Of a DNA stretch of 64,000 nucleotides, positions 27,901 to 41,500 are shown one piece after another. The notes below the pieces were generated by a model. That model saw only the letters and a program-made list of their open reading frames with translations. It did no database searches and was not told the DNA's origin. Every line of letters starts with the position of its first letter. The first letter of the stretch is position 1. The stretch lies in NCBI GenBank assembly GCA_964016885.1, contig CAXHJY010000054.1, positions 1 through 64,000 on the forward strand, in the 5' to 3' direction. A program made the translations under genes and the position numbers. The DNA comes from Eledone cirrhosa. Its lineage: Eukaryota.

Positions 27901-30300
27901 ATCCTAAGCTAAGCTAAGCTAAGCTATCCTAAGCTAAGCTAAGCTATCCTAAGCTAAGCTAAGCTAAGCTATCCTAAGCTAAGCTAAGCTAATCTATCCT
28001 AAGCTATCCTAAGCTAAGCTATCCTAAGCTAAGCTATCCTAAGCTATCCTAAGCTAAGCTATCCTAAGCTATCCTAAGCTAAGCTATCCTAAGCTATCCT
28101 AAGCTAAGCTATCCTAAGCTATCCTAAGCTAAGCTAAGCTATCCTAAGCTATCCTAAGCTAAGCTAAGCTATCCTAAGCTAAGCTAAGCTATCCTAAGCT
28201 AAGCTAAGCTAAGCTATCCTAAGCTAAGCTAAGCTAAGCTATCCTAAGCTAAGCTAAGCTAAGCTATCCTAAGCTAAGCTAAGCTATCCTAAGCTAAGCT
28301 AAGCTAAGCTATCCTAAGCTAAGCTAAGCTAATCTATCCTAAGCTATCCTAAGCTAAGCTATCCTAAGCTATCCTAAGCTAAGCTAAGCTAAGCTAAGCT
28401 AAGCTATCCTAAGCTAAGCTAAGCTAAGCTATCCTAAGCCAAGCTAAGCTAAGCTAAGCTAAGCTAAGCTAAGCTATCCTAAGCTAAGCTAAGCTTAGCT
28501 AAGCTATCCTAAGCTAAGCTAAGCTAAGCTATCCTAAGCTAAGCTAAGCTAAGCTATCCTAAGCTAAGCTAAGCTAAGCTATCCTAAGCTAAGCTAAGCT
28601 AAGCTATCCTAAACTAAGCTATCCTAAGCTAATTTATCCTAAGCTAAGCTAAGCAAAGCTATCCTAAGCTAAGCTAAGCTAAGCTAAGCTATCCTAAACT
28701 AAGCTAAGCTAAGCTATCCTAAGCTAAGCTAAGCTAAGCTATCCTAAGCTAAGCTAAGCTAAGCTTTCCTAAGCTATCCTAAGCTAAGCTATCCTAAGCT
28801 AAGCTAAGCTAAGCTATCCTAAGCTAAGCTAAGCTACCTAAGCTAAGCTAAGCTAAGCTATCCTAAGCTAAGCTATCCTAAGCTATCCTAAGCTAAGCTA
28901 TCCTAAGCTATCCTAAGCTAAGCTATCCTAAGCTAAGCTAAGCTAAGCTATCCTAAGCTAAGCTAAGCTAAGCTATCCTAAGCTAAGCTAAGCTAAGCTA
29001 TCCTAAGCTAAGCTAAGCTATCCTAAGCTAAGCTAAGCTATCCTAAGCTAAGCTAAGCTAAGCTATCCTAAGCTAAGCTAAGCTAAGCTATCCTAAGCTA
29101 TCCTAAGCTAAGCTATCCTAAGCTAAGCTATCCTAAGCTAAGCTATCCTAAGCTATCCTAAGCTAAGCTATCCTAATCTATCCTAAGCTAAGCTATCCTA
29201 AGCTATCCGAAGCTAAGCTATCCTAAGCTATCCTAAGCTAAGCTAAGCTAAGCTAAGCTAAGCTATCCTAAGCTAAGCTATCCTAAGCTAAGCTATCCTA
29301 AGCTAATCTATCCTAAGCTATCCTAAGCTAAGCTAAGCTAAGCTATCCTAAGCTAAGCTAAGCTAAGCTATCCTAAGCTAAGCTAAGTTAAGCTAAGCTA
29401 TCCTAAGCTATCCTAAGCTAAGCTATCCTAAGCTAAGCTATCCTAAGCTATCCTAAGCTAAGCTATCCTAATCTATCCTAAGCTAAGCTATCCTAAGCTA
29501 ATCTATCCTAAGCTATCCTAAGCTATCCTAAGCTAAGCTAAGCTAAGCTATACTAAGCTATCCTAAGCTAAGCTATCCTAAGCTAATCTATCCTAAGCTA
29601 TCCTAAGCTAAGCTAAGCTAAGCTATCCTAAGCTAAGCTAAGCTATCCTAAGCTAAGCTAAGTTAAGCTAAGCTATCCTAAGCTATCCTAAGCTAAGCTA
29701 TCCTAAGCTAAGCTATCCTAAGCTATCCTAAGCTAAGCTATCCTAAGCTATCCTAAGCTAAGCTATCCTAAGCTAAGCTATCCTAAGCTAAGCTATCCTA
29801 AGCTAAGCTAAGCTAAGCTATCCTAAGCTAAGCTAAGCTAAGCTATCCTAAGCTATCCTAAGCTAAGCTATCCTAAGCTAAGCTAAGCTAAGCTAAGCTA
29901 TCCTAAGCTAAGCTAAGCTAAGCTATCCTAAGCTAAGCTAAGCTAAGCTATCCTAAGCTAAGCTAAGCTAAGCTAAGCTAAGCTAAGCTATCCTAAGCTA
30001 AGCTAAGCTAAGCTATCCTAAGCTAAGCTAAGCTAAGCTATCCTAAGCTAAGCTAAACTAAGCTATCCTAAGCAAAGCTAAGCTAAGCTAAGCTATCCTA
30101 AGCTAAGCTAAGCTAAGCTATCCTAAGCTAAGCTAAGCTAAGCTATCCTAAGCTAAGCTAAGCTATCCTAAGCTAAGCTAAGCTAAGCTATCCTAAGCTA
30201 AGCTAAGCTAAGCTATCCTAAGCTATCCTAAGCTAAGCTATCCTAAGCTAAGCTAAGCTAAGCTATCCTAAGCTATCCTAAGCTAAGCTATCCTAAGCTA
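25000..30300 (+). repeat. More diverged third copy of about 3850-9560 (offset drifting from about 21.2 to 20.8 kb)
   Basis: CAACC 4254/25411 (21157), TATAC 5054/26101 (21047), GCAAT 6606/27598 (20992), TTTATCC 7751/28633 (20882). The order is conserved, with many length changes in multiples of 5 bp. Confidence 0.82.
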
Positions 30301-32565
30301 AGCTAAGCTAAGCTATCCTAAGCTAAGCTAAGCTAAGCTATCCTAAGCTAAGCTAAGCTAAGCTAAGCTAAGCTAAGCTAAGCTATCCTAAGCTAAGCTA
30401 AGCTAAGCTATCCTAAGCTAAGCTAAGCTAAGCTATCCTAAGCTAAGCTAAGCTAAGCTAAGCTAAGCTAAGCTAAGCTATCCTAAGCTATCCTAAGCTA
30501 AGCTATCCTAAGCTAAGCTATCCTAAGCTATCCTAAGCTAAGCTATCCTAAGCTAAGCTAAGCTAAGCTATCCTAAGCTAAGCTATCCTAAGCTATCCTA
30601 AGCTAAGCTATCCTAAGCTATCCTAAGCTAAGCTATCCTAAACTATCCTAAGCTAAGCTATCCTAAGCTATCCTAAGCTAAGCTAAGCTAAGCTATCCTA
30701 AGCTAAGCTATCCTAAGCTATCCTAAGCTATCCTAAGCTAAGCTATCCTAAGCTAAGCTCTCCTAAGGTAAGCTATCCTAAGCTATCCTAAGCTAAGCTA
30801 AGCTAAGCTATCCTAAGCTAAGCTAAGCTATCCTAAGCTAAGCTAAGCTAAGCTATCCTAAGCTAAGCTAAGCTAAGCTATCCTAAGCTAAGTTAAGCTA
30901 AGCTATCCTAAGCTAAGCTAAGCTAAGCTCTCCTAAGCTAAGCTATCCTAAGCTATCCTAAGCTAAGCTAAGCTATCCTAAGCTAAGCTAAGCTAAGCTA
31001 TCCTAAGCTAAGCTAAGCTATCCTAAGCTAAGCTATCCTAAGCTAAGCTAAGCTAAGCTAAGCTAAGCTATCCTAAGCTAAGCTAAGCTAAGCGATCCTA
31101 AGCTAAGCTAAGCTAAGCTATCCTAAGCTAAGCTAAACTAAGCTATCCTAAGCTAAGCTAAGCTAAGCTATCCTAAGCTAAGTTAAGCTAAGCTATCCTA
31201 AGCTAAGCTAAGCTAAGCGATCCTAAGCTAAGCTAAGCTAAGCTATCCTAAGCTAAGCTAAGCTAAGCTATCCTAAGCTAAGCTAAGCTATCCTAAGCTA
31301 AGCTAAGCTAAGCTATCCTAAGCTAAGCTAAGCTAAGCTATCCTAAGCTAAGCTAAGCTATCCTAAGCTAAGCTAAGCTAAGCTATCCTAAGCTAAGCTA
31401 AGCTAAGCTATCCTAAGCTAAGCTATCCTAAGCTATGCTAAGCTAAGCTAAGCTAAGCTAACCTAAGCTAAGCTATCCTAAGCTAAGCTATCCTAAGCAA
31501 AGCTAAGCTAAGCTATCCTAAGCTAAGCTATCCTAAGCTAAGCTAAGCTAAGCTATCCTAAGCTAAGCTAAGCTAAGCTAAGCTAAGCTAAGCTATCCTA
31601 AGCTAAGCTAAGCTAAGCTATCCTAAGCTAAGCTAAGCTATCCTAAGCTAAGCTAAGCTAAGCTATCCTAAGCTAAGCTAAGCTAAGCTAAGCTAAGCTA
31701 AGCTAAGCTATCCTAAGCTATCCTAAGCTAAGCTATCCTAAGCTAAGCTATCCTAAGCTATCCTAAGCTAAGCTATCCTAAGCTAAGCTAAGCTAAGCTA
31801 TCCTAAGCTAAGCTATCCTAAGCTAAGCTATCCTAAGCTATCCTAAGCTATCCTAAGCTAAGCTAAGCTAAGCTATCCTAAGCTAAGCTAAGCTATCCTA
31901 AGCTATCCTAAGCTAAGCTATCCTAAGCTATCCTAAGCTATCCTAAGCTAAGCTAAGCTATCCTAAGCTATCCTAAGCTAAGCTAAGCTATCCTAAGCTA
32001 AGCTAAGCTATCCTAAGCTAAGCTAAGCTAAGCTATCCTAAGCTAAGCTAAGCTAAGCTATCCTAAGCTAAGCTAAGCTAAGCTATCCTAAGCTAAGCTA
32101 AGCTATCCTAAGCTAAGCTAAGCTAAGCTATCCTAAGCTAAGCTAAGCTAATCTATCCTAAGCTATCCTAAGCTAAGCTATCCTAAGCTAAGCTATCCTA
32201 AGCTATCCTAAGCTAAGCTATCCTAAGCTATCCTAAGCTAAGCTATCCTAAGCTATCCTAAGCTAAGCTATCCTAAGCTATCCTAAGCTAAGCTATCCTA
32301 AGCTATCCTAAGCTAAGCTAAGCTATCCTAAGCTATCCTAAGCTAAGCTAAGCTATCCTAAGCTAAGCTAAGCTATCCTAAGCTAAGCTAAGCTAAGCTA
32401 TCCTAAGCTAAGCTAAGCTAAGCTATCCTAAGCTAAGCTAAGCTAAGCTATCCTAAGCTAAGCTAAGCTATCCTAAGCTAAGCTAAGCTAAGCTATCCTA
32501 AGCTAAGCTAAGCTAATCTATCCTAAGCTATCCTAAGCTAAGCTATCCTAAGCTATCCTAAGCTA

Positions 32566-35550
32566 AGCTAAGCTAAGCTAAGCTAAGCTATCCTAAGCTA
32601 AGCTAAGCTAAGCTATCCTAAGCCAAGCTAAGCTAAGCTAAGCTAAGCTAAGCTAAGCTATCCTAAGCTAAGCTAAGCTTAGCTAAGCTATCCTAAGCTA
32701 AGCTAAGCTAAGCTATCCTAAGCTAAGCTAAGCTAAGCTATCCTAAGCTAAGCTAAGCTAAGCTATCCTAAGCTAAGCTAAGCTAAGCTATCCTAAACTA
32801 AGCTATCCTAAGCTAATTTATCCTAAGCTAAGCTAAGCAAAGCTATCCTAAGCTAAGCTAAGCTAAGCTAAGCTATCCTAAACTAAGCTAAGCTAAGCTA
32901 TCCTAAGCTAAGCTAAGCTAAGCTATCCTAAGCTAAGCTAAGCTAAGCTTTCCTAAGCTATCCTAAGCTAAGCTATCCTAAGCTATCCTAAGCTAAGCTA
33001 TCCTAATCTATCCTAAGCTAAGCTATCCTAAGCTATCCGAAGCTAAGCTATCCTAAGCTATCCTAAGCTAAGCTAAGCTAAGCTAAGCTAAGCTATCCTA
33101 AGCTAAGCTATCCTAAGCTAAGCTATCCTAAGCTAATCTATCCTAAGCTATCCTAAGCTAAGCTAAGCTATCCTAAGCTATCCTAAGCTAAGCTATCCTA
33201 AGCTATCCTAAGCTAAGCTATCCTAAGCTATCCTAAGCTAAGCTAACCTAAGCTAAGCTATCCTAAGCTATCCTAAGCTAAGCTAAGCTAAGCTATCCTA
33301 AGCTAAGCTAAGCTAAGCTATCCTAAGCTATCCTAAGCTAAGCTATCCTAAGCTAAGCTAAGCTAAGCTATCCTAAGCTAAGCTAAGCTAAGCTATCCTA
33401 AGCTAAGCTATCCTAAGCTATCCGAAGCTAAGCTAAGCTAAGCTATCCTAAGCTAAGCTAAGCTAAGCTATCCTAAGCTAAGCTATCCTAAGCTAAGCTA
33501 AGCTAAGCTATCCTAAGCTATCCTAAGCTAAGCTATCCTAAGCTAAGCTATCCTAAGCTAAGCTATCCTAAGCTATCCTAAGCTAAGCTATCCTAAGCTA
33601 AGCTCTCCTAAGGTAAGCTATCCTAAGCTAAGCTAAGCTATCCTAAGCTAAGCTAAGCTAAGCTAAGCTAAGCTAAGCTAAGCTAAGCTAAGCTATCCTA
33701 AGCTAAGCTAAGCTAAGCTATCCTAAGCTAAGCTAAGCTAAGCTACCTAAGCTATCCTAAGCTAAGCTATCCTAAGCTATCCTAAGCTAAGCTATCCTAA
33801 GCTATCCTAAGCTAAGCTATCCTAAGCTAAGCTAAGCTATCCTAAGCTAAGCTAAGCTAAGCTATCCTAAGCTAAGCTAAGGTAAGCTATCCTAAGCTAA
33901 GCTAAGCTATCCTAAGCTAAGCTAAGCTAAGCTAAGCTAAGCTAAGCTAAGCTAAGCTAAGCTATCCTAAGCTAAGCTAAGCTAAGCTATCCTAAGCTAA
34001 GCTAAGCTAAGCTACCTAAGCTAAGCTAAGCTAAGCTATCCTAAGCTAAGCTAAGCTAAGCTATCCTAAGCTAAGCTAAGCTAAGCTATCCTAAGCTATC
34101 CTAAGCTAAGCTAAGCTAAGCTATCCTAAGCTAAGCTATCCTAAGCTAAGCTATCCTAAGCTATCCTAAGCTAAGCTATCCTAAGCTAAGCTCTCCTAAG
34201 GTAAGCTATCCTAAGCTAAGCTAAGCTATCCTAAGCTAAGCTAAGCTAAGCTAAGCTAAGCTAAGCTAAGCTAAGCTATCCTAAGCTAAGCTAAGCTAAG
34301 CTATCCTAAGCTAAGCTAAGCTAAGCTACCTAAGCTAAGCTAAGCTAAGCTATCCTAAGCTAAGCTAAGCTAAGCTATCCTAAGCTAAGCTAAGCTAAGC
34401 TATCCTAAGCTATCCTAAGCTAAGCTAAGCTAAGCTATCCTAAGCTAAGCTATCCTAAGCTAAGCTATCCTAAGCTATCCTAAGCTAAGCTATCCTAAGC
34501 TAAGCTCTCCTAAGGTAAGCTATCCTAAGCTAAGCTAAGCTATCCTAAGCTAAGCTAAGCTAAGCTAAGCTAAGCTAAGCTAAGCTAAGCTAAGCTATCC
34601 TAAGCTAAGCTAAGCTAAGCTATCCTAAGCTAAGCTAAGCTAAGCTACCTAAGCTAAGCTAAGCTAAGCTAAGCTAAGCTATCCTAAGCTAAGCTAAGCT
34701 AAGCTATCCTAAGCTAAGCTAAGCTAAGCTATCCTAAGCTATCCTAAGCTATCCTAAGCTAAGCTATCCTAAGCTAAGCTAAGCTAAGCTATCCTAAGCT
34801 AAGCTAAGCTAAGCTATCCTAAGCTAAGCTATCCTAAGCTATCCGAAGCTAAGCTAAGCTAAGCTATCCTAAGCTAAGCTAAGCTAAGCTATCCTAAGCT
34901 AAGCTAAGCTAAGCTATCCTAAGCTAAGCTAAGCTAAGCTATCCTAAGCTAAGCTATCCTAAGCTATCCTAAGCTAAGCTATCCTAAGCTATCCTAAGCT
35001 AAGCTATCCTAAGCTAAGCTATCCTAAGCTATCCTAAGCTAAGCTATCCTAAGCTATCCTAAGCTAAGCTATCCTAAGCTAAGCTAAGCTATCCTAAGCT
35101 AAGCTAAGCTAAGCTATCCTAAGCTAAGCTAAGCTAAGCTATCCTAAGCTAAGCTAAGCTATCCTAAGCTAAGCTAAGCTAAGCTATCCTAAGCTAAGCT
35201 CTCCTAAGGTAAGCTATCCTAAGCTAAGCTAAGCTATCCTAAGCTAAGCTAAGCTAAGCTAAGCTAAGCTAAGCTAAGCTAAGCTAAGCTATCCTAAGCT
35301 AAGCTAAGCTAAGCTATCCTAAGCTAAGCTAAGCTAAGCTACCTAAGCTAAGCTAAGCTAAGCTATCCTAAGCTAAGCTAAGCTAAGCTATCCTAAGCTA
35401 AGCTAAGCTAAGCTATCCTAAGCTAGCCTAAGCTATCCTAAGCTAAGCTATCCTAAGCTATCCTAAGCTAAGCTAAGCTAAGCTATCCTAAGCTAAGCTA
35501 AGCTAAGCTATCCTAAGCTAAGCTAAGCTATCCTAAGCTAAGCTAAGCTA
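32566..35550 (+). repeat. Block A, copy 2
   Basis: Same marker order and spacing as 1-2985 at offset 32565. Confidence 0.92.
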
Positions 35551-38500
35551 AGCCAACCTAAGCTAAGCTAAGCTATCCTAAGCTAAGCTAAGCTATCCTA
35601 AGCTAAGCTAAGCTAAGCTATCCTAAGCTAAGCTAAGCTAAGCTATCCTAAGCTAAGCTAAGCTATCCTAAGCTAAGCTAAGCTATACTAAGCTAAGCTA
35701 AGCTATCCTAAGCTAAGCTATCCTAAGCTATCCTAAGCTAAGCTATCCTAAGCTATCCTAAGCTAAGCTATCCTAAGCTATCCTAAGCTAAGCTATCCTA
35801 AGCTATCCTAAGCTAAGCTAAGCTAAGCTATCCTAAGCTAAGCTAAGCTAAGCTATCCTAAGCTAAGCTAAGCTAACCTAAGCTAAGCTAAGCTAAGCTA
35901 TCCTAAGCTAAGCTAAGCTAAGCTTTCCTAAGCTATCCTAAGCTAAGCTATCCTAAGCTAAGCTAAGCTAAGCTATCCTAAGCTAAGCTAAGCTATCCTA
36001 AGCTAAGCTAAGCTAAGCTATCCTAAGCTAATCTAAGCTAAGCTATCCTAAGCTATCCTAAGCTATCCTAAGCTAAGCTATCCTAAGCTAAGCTAAGCTA
36101 AGCTATCCTAAGCTAAGCTAAGCTAAGCTATCCTAAGCTAAGCTATCCTAAGCTATCCGAAGCTAAGCTAAGCTAAGCTATCCTAAGCTAAGCTAAGCTA
36201 AGCTATCCTAAGCTAAGCTAAGCTAAGCTATCCTAAGCTAAGCTAAGCTAAGCTATCCTAAGCTAAGCTATCCTAAGCTATCCTAAGCTAAGCTATCCTA
36301 AGCTATCCTAAGCTAAGCTATCCTAAGCTAAGCTATCCTAAGCTATCCTAAGCTAAGCTATCCTAAGCTATCCTAAGCTAAGCTATCCTAAGCTAAGCTA
36401 AGCTATCCTAAGCTAAGCTAAGCTAAGCTAAGCTAAGCTAAGCTATCCTAAGCTAAGCTAAGCTATCCTAAGCTAAGCTAAGCTAAGCTATCCTAAGCTA
36501 AGCTAAGCTATCCTAAGCTAAGCTATCCTAAGCTATCCTAAGCTAAGCTATCCTAAGCTATCCTAAGCTAAGCTATCCTAAGCTATCCTAAGCTAAGCTA
36601 TCCTAAGCTATCCTAAGCTAAGCTAAGCTAAGCTATCCTAAGCTAAGCTAAGCTAAGCTATCCTAAGCTAAGCTATCCTAAGCTATCCTAAGCTATCCTA
36701 AGCTAAGCTATCCTAAGCTATCCTAAGCTAAGCTAAGCTAAGCTATCCTAAGCTAAGCTAAGCTAAGCTATCCTAAGCTATCCTAAGCTAAGCTATCCTA
36801 AGCTAAGCTATCCTAAGCTAAGCTATCCTAAGCTATCCTAAGCTAAGCTATCCTAAGCTAAGCTCTCCTAAGGTAAGCTATCCTAAGCTAAGCTAAGCTA
36901 TCCTAAGCTAAGCTAAGCTAAGCTAAGCTAAGCTAAGCTAAGCTAAGCTAAGCTATCCTAAGCTAAGCTAAGCTAAGCTATCCTAAGCTAAGCTAAGCTA
37001 AGCTACCTAAGCTAAGCTAAGCTAAGCTATCCTAAGCTAAGCTAAGCTAAGCTATCCTAAGCTAAGCTAAGCTATCCTTAGCTAAGCTAAGCTAAGCTAT
37101 CCTAAGCTAAGCTAAGCTATCCTAAGCTAAGCTAAGCTAAGCTATCCTAAGCTAAGCTAAGCTAAGCTATCCTAAGCTAAGCTAAGCTATCCTAAGCTAA
37201 GCTAAGCTAAGCTATCCTAAGCTAAGCTAAGCTAAGCAATCCTAAGCTATCCTAAGCTAACCTATCCTAAGCTAAGCTAAGCTAAGCTAAGCTATCCTAA
37301 GCTAAGCTAAGCTAAGCTAACCTAAGCTAAGCTATCCTAAGCTAAGCTAAGCTAAGCTATCCTAAGCTAAGCTAAGCTATCCTAAGCTAAGCTAAGCTAT
37401 CCTAAGCTATCCTAAGCTAAGCTATCCTAAGCTATCCTAAGCTATCCTAAGCTAAGCTAAGCTATCCTAAGCTATCCTAAGCTAAGCTAAGCTATCCTAA
37501 GCTAAGCTAAGCTATCCTAAGCTAAGCTAAGCTAAGCTATCCTAAGCTAAGCTAAGCTAAGCTATCCTAAGCTAAGCTAAGCTAAGCTATCCTAAGCTAA
37601 GCTAAGCTATCCTAAGCTAAGCTAAGCTAAGCTATCCTAAGCTAAGCTAAGCTAATCTATCCTAAGCTATCCTAAGCTAAGCTATCCTAAGCTAAGCTAT
37701 CCTAAGCTATCCTAAGCTAAGCTATCCTAAGCTAAGCTAAGCTATCCTAAGCTAAGCTATCCTAAGCTAAGCTATCCTAAGCTATCCTAAGCTAAGCTAT
37801 CCTAAGCTATCCTAAGCTAAGCTATCCTAAGCTATCCTAAGCTAAGCTAAGCTATCCTAAGCTATCCTAAGCTAAGCTAAGCTATCCTAAGCTAAGCTAA
37901 GCTATCCTAAGCTAAGCTAAGCTAAGCTATCCTAAGCTAAGCTAAGCTAAGCTATCCTAAGCTAAGCTAAGCTAAGCTATCCTAAGCTAAGCTAAGCTAT
38001 CCTAAGCTAAGCTAAGCTAAGCTATCCTAAGCTAAGCTAAGCTAATCTATCCTAAGCTATCCTAAGCTAAGCTATCCTAAGCTAAGCTATCCTAAGCTAT
38101 CCTAAGCTAAGCTATCCTAAGCTAAGCTAAGCTAAGCTAAGCTAAGCTATCCTAAGCTAAGCTAAGCTAAGCTATCCTAAGCCAAGCTAAGCTAAGCTAA
38201 GCTAAGCTAAGCTAAGCTAAGCTATCCTAAGCTAAGCTAAGCTTAGCTAAGCTATCCTAAGCTAAGCTAAGCTAAGCTATCCTAAGCTAAGCTAAGCTAA
38301 GCTATCCTAAGCTAAGCTAAGCTAAGCTATCCTAAGCTAAGCTAAGCTAAGCTATCCTAAACTAAGCTATCCTAAGCTAATTTATCCTAAGCTAAGCTAA
38401 GCAAAGCTATCCTAAGCTAAGCTAAGCTAAGCTAAGCTATCCTAAACTAAGCTAAGCTAAGCTATCCTAAGCTAAGCTAAGCTAAGCTATCCTAAGCTAA

Positions 38501-41500
38501 GCTAAGCTAAGCTTTCCTAAGCTATCCTAAGCTAAGCTATCCTAAGCTAAGCTAAGCTAAGCTATCCTAAGCTAAGCTAAGCTATCCTAAGCTAAGCTAA
38601 GCTAAGCTATCCTAAGCTAAGCTATCCTAAGCTATCCTAAGCTAAGCTATCCTAAGCTATCCTAAGCTAAGCTATCCTAAGCTAAGCTAAGCTAAGCTAT
38701 CCTAAGCTAAGCTAAGCTAAGCTATCCTAAGCTAAGCTAAGCTATCCTAAGCTAAGCTAAGCTATCCTAAGCTAAGCTAAGCTAAGCTATCCTAAGCTAA
38801 GCTATCCTAAGCTAAGCTATCCTAAGCTAAGCTATCCTAAGCTATCCTAAGCTAAGCTATCCTAATCTATCCTAAGCTAAGCTATCCTAAGCTATCCGAA
38901 GCTAAGCTATCCTAAGCTATCCTAAGCTAAGCTAAGCTAAGCTAAGCTAAGCTATCCTAAGCTAAGCTATCCTAAGCTAAGCTATCCTAAGCTAAGCTAT
39001 CCTAAGCTATCCTAAGCTAAGCTATCCTAATCTATCCTAAGCTAAGCTATCCTAAGCTATCCTAAGCTAAGCTAAGCTAAGCTAAGCTAAGCTATCCTAA
39101 GCTAAGCTATCCTAAGCTAAGCTATCCTAAGCTAATCTATCCTAAGCTATCCTAAGCTAAGCTAAGCTAAGCTATCCTAAGCTATCCTAAGCTAAGCTAT
39201 CCTAAGCTAAGCTATCCTAAGCTAAGCTATCCTAAGCTATCCTAAGCTAAGCTATCCTAATCTATCCTAAGCTAAGCTATCCTAAGCTATCCGAAGCTAA
39301 GCTATCCTAAGCTATCCTAAGCTAAGCTAAGCTAAGCTAAGCTAAGCTATCCTAGGCTAAGCTATCCTAAGCTAAGCTATCCTAAGCTAATCTATCCTAA
39401 GCTATCCTAAGCTAAGCTAAGCTAAGCTATCCTAAGCTAAGCTAAGCTAAGCTATCCTAAGCTAAGCTAAGTTAAGCTAAGCTATCCTAAGCTATCCTAA
39501 GCTAAGCTATCCTAAGCTAAGCTATCCTAAGCTATCCTAAGCTAAGCTATCCTAAGCTATCCTAAGCTAAGCTATCCTAAGCTATCCTAAGCTAAGCTAT
39601 CCTAAGCTAAGCTATCCTAAGCTAAGCTATCCTAAGCTAAGCTATCCTAAGCTATCCTAAGCTATCCTAAGCTAAGCTAAGCTAAGCTATCCTAAGCTAT
39701 CCTAAGCTAAGCTATCCTAAGCTAAGCTAAGCTAAGCTAAGCTATCCTAAGCTAAGCTAAGCTAAGCTATCCTAAGCTAAGCTAAGCTAAGCTATCCTAA
39801 GCTAAGCTAAGCTAAGCTATCCTAAGCTAAGCTATCCTAAGCTAAGCTAAGCTAAGCTATCCTAAGCTAAGCTAAGCTAAGCTATCCTAAGCTAAGCTAA
39901 GCTAAGCTATCCTAAGCTAAGCTAAACTAAGCTATCCTAAGCAAAGCTAAGCTAAGCTAAGCTAAGCTATCCTAAGCTAAGCTAAGCTAAGCTATCCTAA
40001 GCTAAGCTAAGCTAAGCTATCCTAAGCTAAGCTAAGCTATCCTAAGCTAAGCTAAGCTAAGCTATCCTAAGCTAAGCTAAGCTAAGCTATCCTAAGCTAT
40101 CCTAAGCTAAGCTATCCTAAGCTAAGCTAAGCTAAGCTATCCTAAGCTATCCTAAGCTAAGCTATCCTAAGCTAAGCTAAGCTAAGCTATCCTAAGCTAA
40201 GCTAAGCTATCCTAAGCTAAGCTAAGCTAAGCTATCCTAAGCTAAGCTATCCTAAGCTATGCTAAGCTAAGCTAAGCTAAGCTATCCTAAGCTAAGCTAA
40301 GCTAACCTATCCTAAGCTAAGCTAAGCTAAGCTATCCTAAGCTATGCTAAGCTAAGCTATCCTAAGCTATCCTAAGCTATCCTAAGCTAAGCTATCCTAA
40401 GCTAAGCTATCCTAAGCTAAGCTCTCCTAAGGTAAGCTATCCTAAGCTATCCTAAGCTAAGCTAAGCTAAGCTATCCTAAGCTAAGCTAAGCTATCCTAA
40501 GCTAAGCTAAGCTAAGCTATCCTAAGCTAAGCTAAGCTAAGCTCTCCTAAGCTAAGTTAAGCTAAGCTATCCTAAGCTAAGCTAAGCTAAGCTCTCCTAA
40601 GCTAAGCTATCCTAAGCTATCCTAAGCTAAGCTAAGCTATCCTAAGCTAAGCTAAGCTAAGCTATCCTAAGCTAAGCTAAGCTATCCTAAGCTAAGCTAT
40701 CCTAAGCTAAGCTAAACTAAGCTAAGCTAAGCTATCCTAAGCTAAGCTAAGCTAAGCGATCCTAAGCTAAGCTAAGCTAAGCTATCCTAAGCTAAGCTAA
40801 GCTAAGCTATCCTAAGCTAAGCTAAGCTATCCTAAGCTAAGCTAAGCTAAGCTATCCTAAGCTAAGCTATCCTAAGCTAAGCTATCCTAAGCTAAGCTAA
40901 GCTAAGCTATCCTAAGCTAAGCTAAGCTAAGCTAAGCTAAGCTAAGCTATCCTAAGCTAAGCTAAGCTAAGCTATCCTAAGCTAAGCTAAGCTATCCTAA
41001 GCTAAGCTAAGCTAAGCTATCCTAAGCTAAGCTAAGCTAAGCTAAGCTAAGCTAAGCTATCCTAAGCTATCCTAAGCTAAGCTATCCTAAGCTAAGCTAT
41101 CCTAAGCTATCCTAAGCTAAGCTATCCTAAGCTAAGCTAAGCTAAGCAAGCCTAAGCTAAGCTATCCTAAGCTAAGCTATCCTAAGCTATCCTAAGCTAT
41201 CCTAAGCTAAGCTAAGCTAAGCTAAGCTATCCTAAGCTAAGCTAAGCTAAGCTATCCTAAGCTAAGCTAAGCTAAGCTATCCTAAGCTATCCTAAGCTAA
41301 GCTATCCTAAGCTATCCTAAGCTAAGCTATCCTAAGCTATCCTAAGCTAAGCTAACCTAAGCTAAGCTATCCTAAGCTAAGCTAAGCTAAGCTATCCTAA
41401 GCTAAGCTAAGCTAAGCTATCCTAAGCTAAGCTAAGCTAAGCTATCCTAAGCTAAGCTAAGCTATCCTAAGCTAAGCTATCCTAAGCTAAGCTATCCTAA

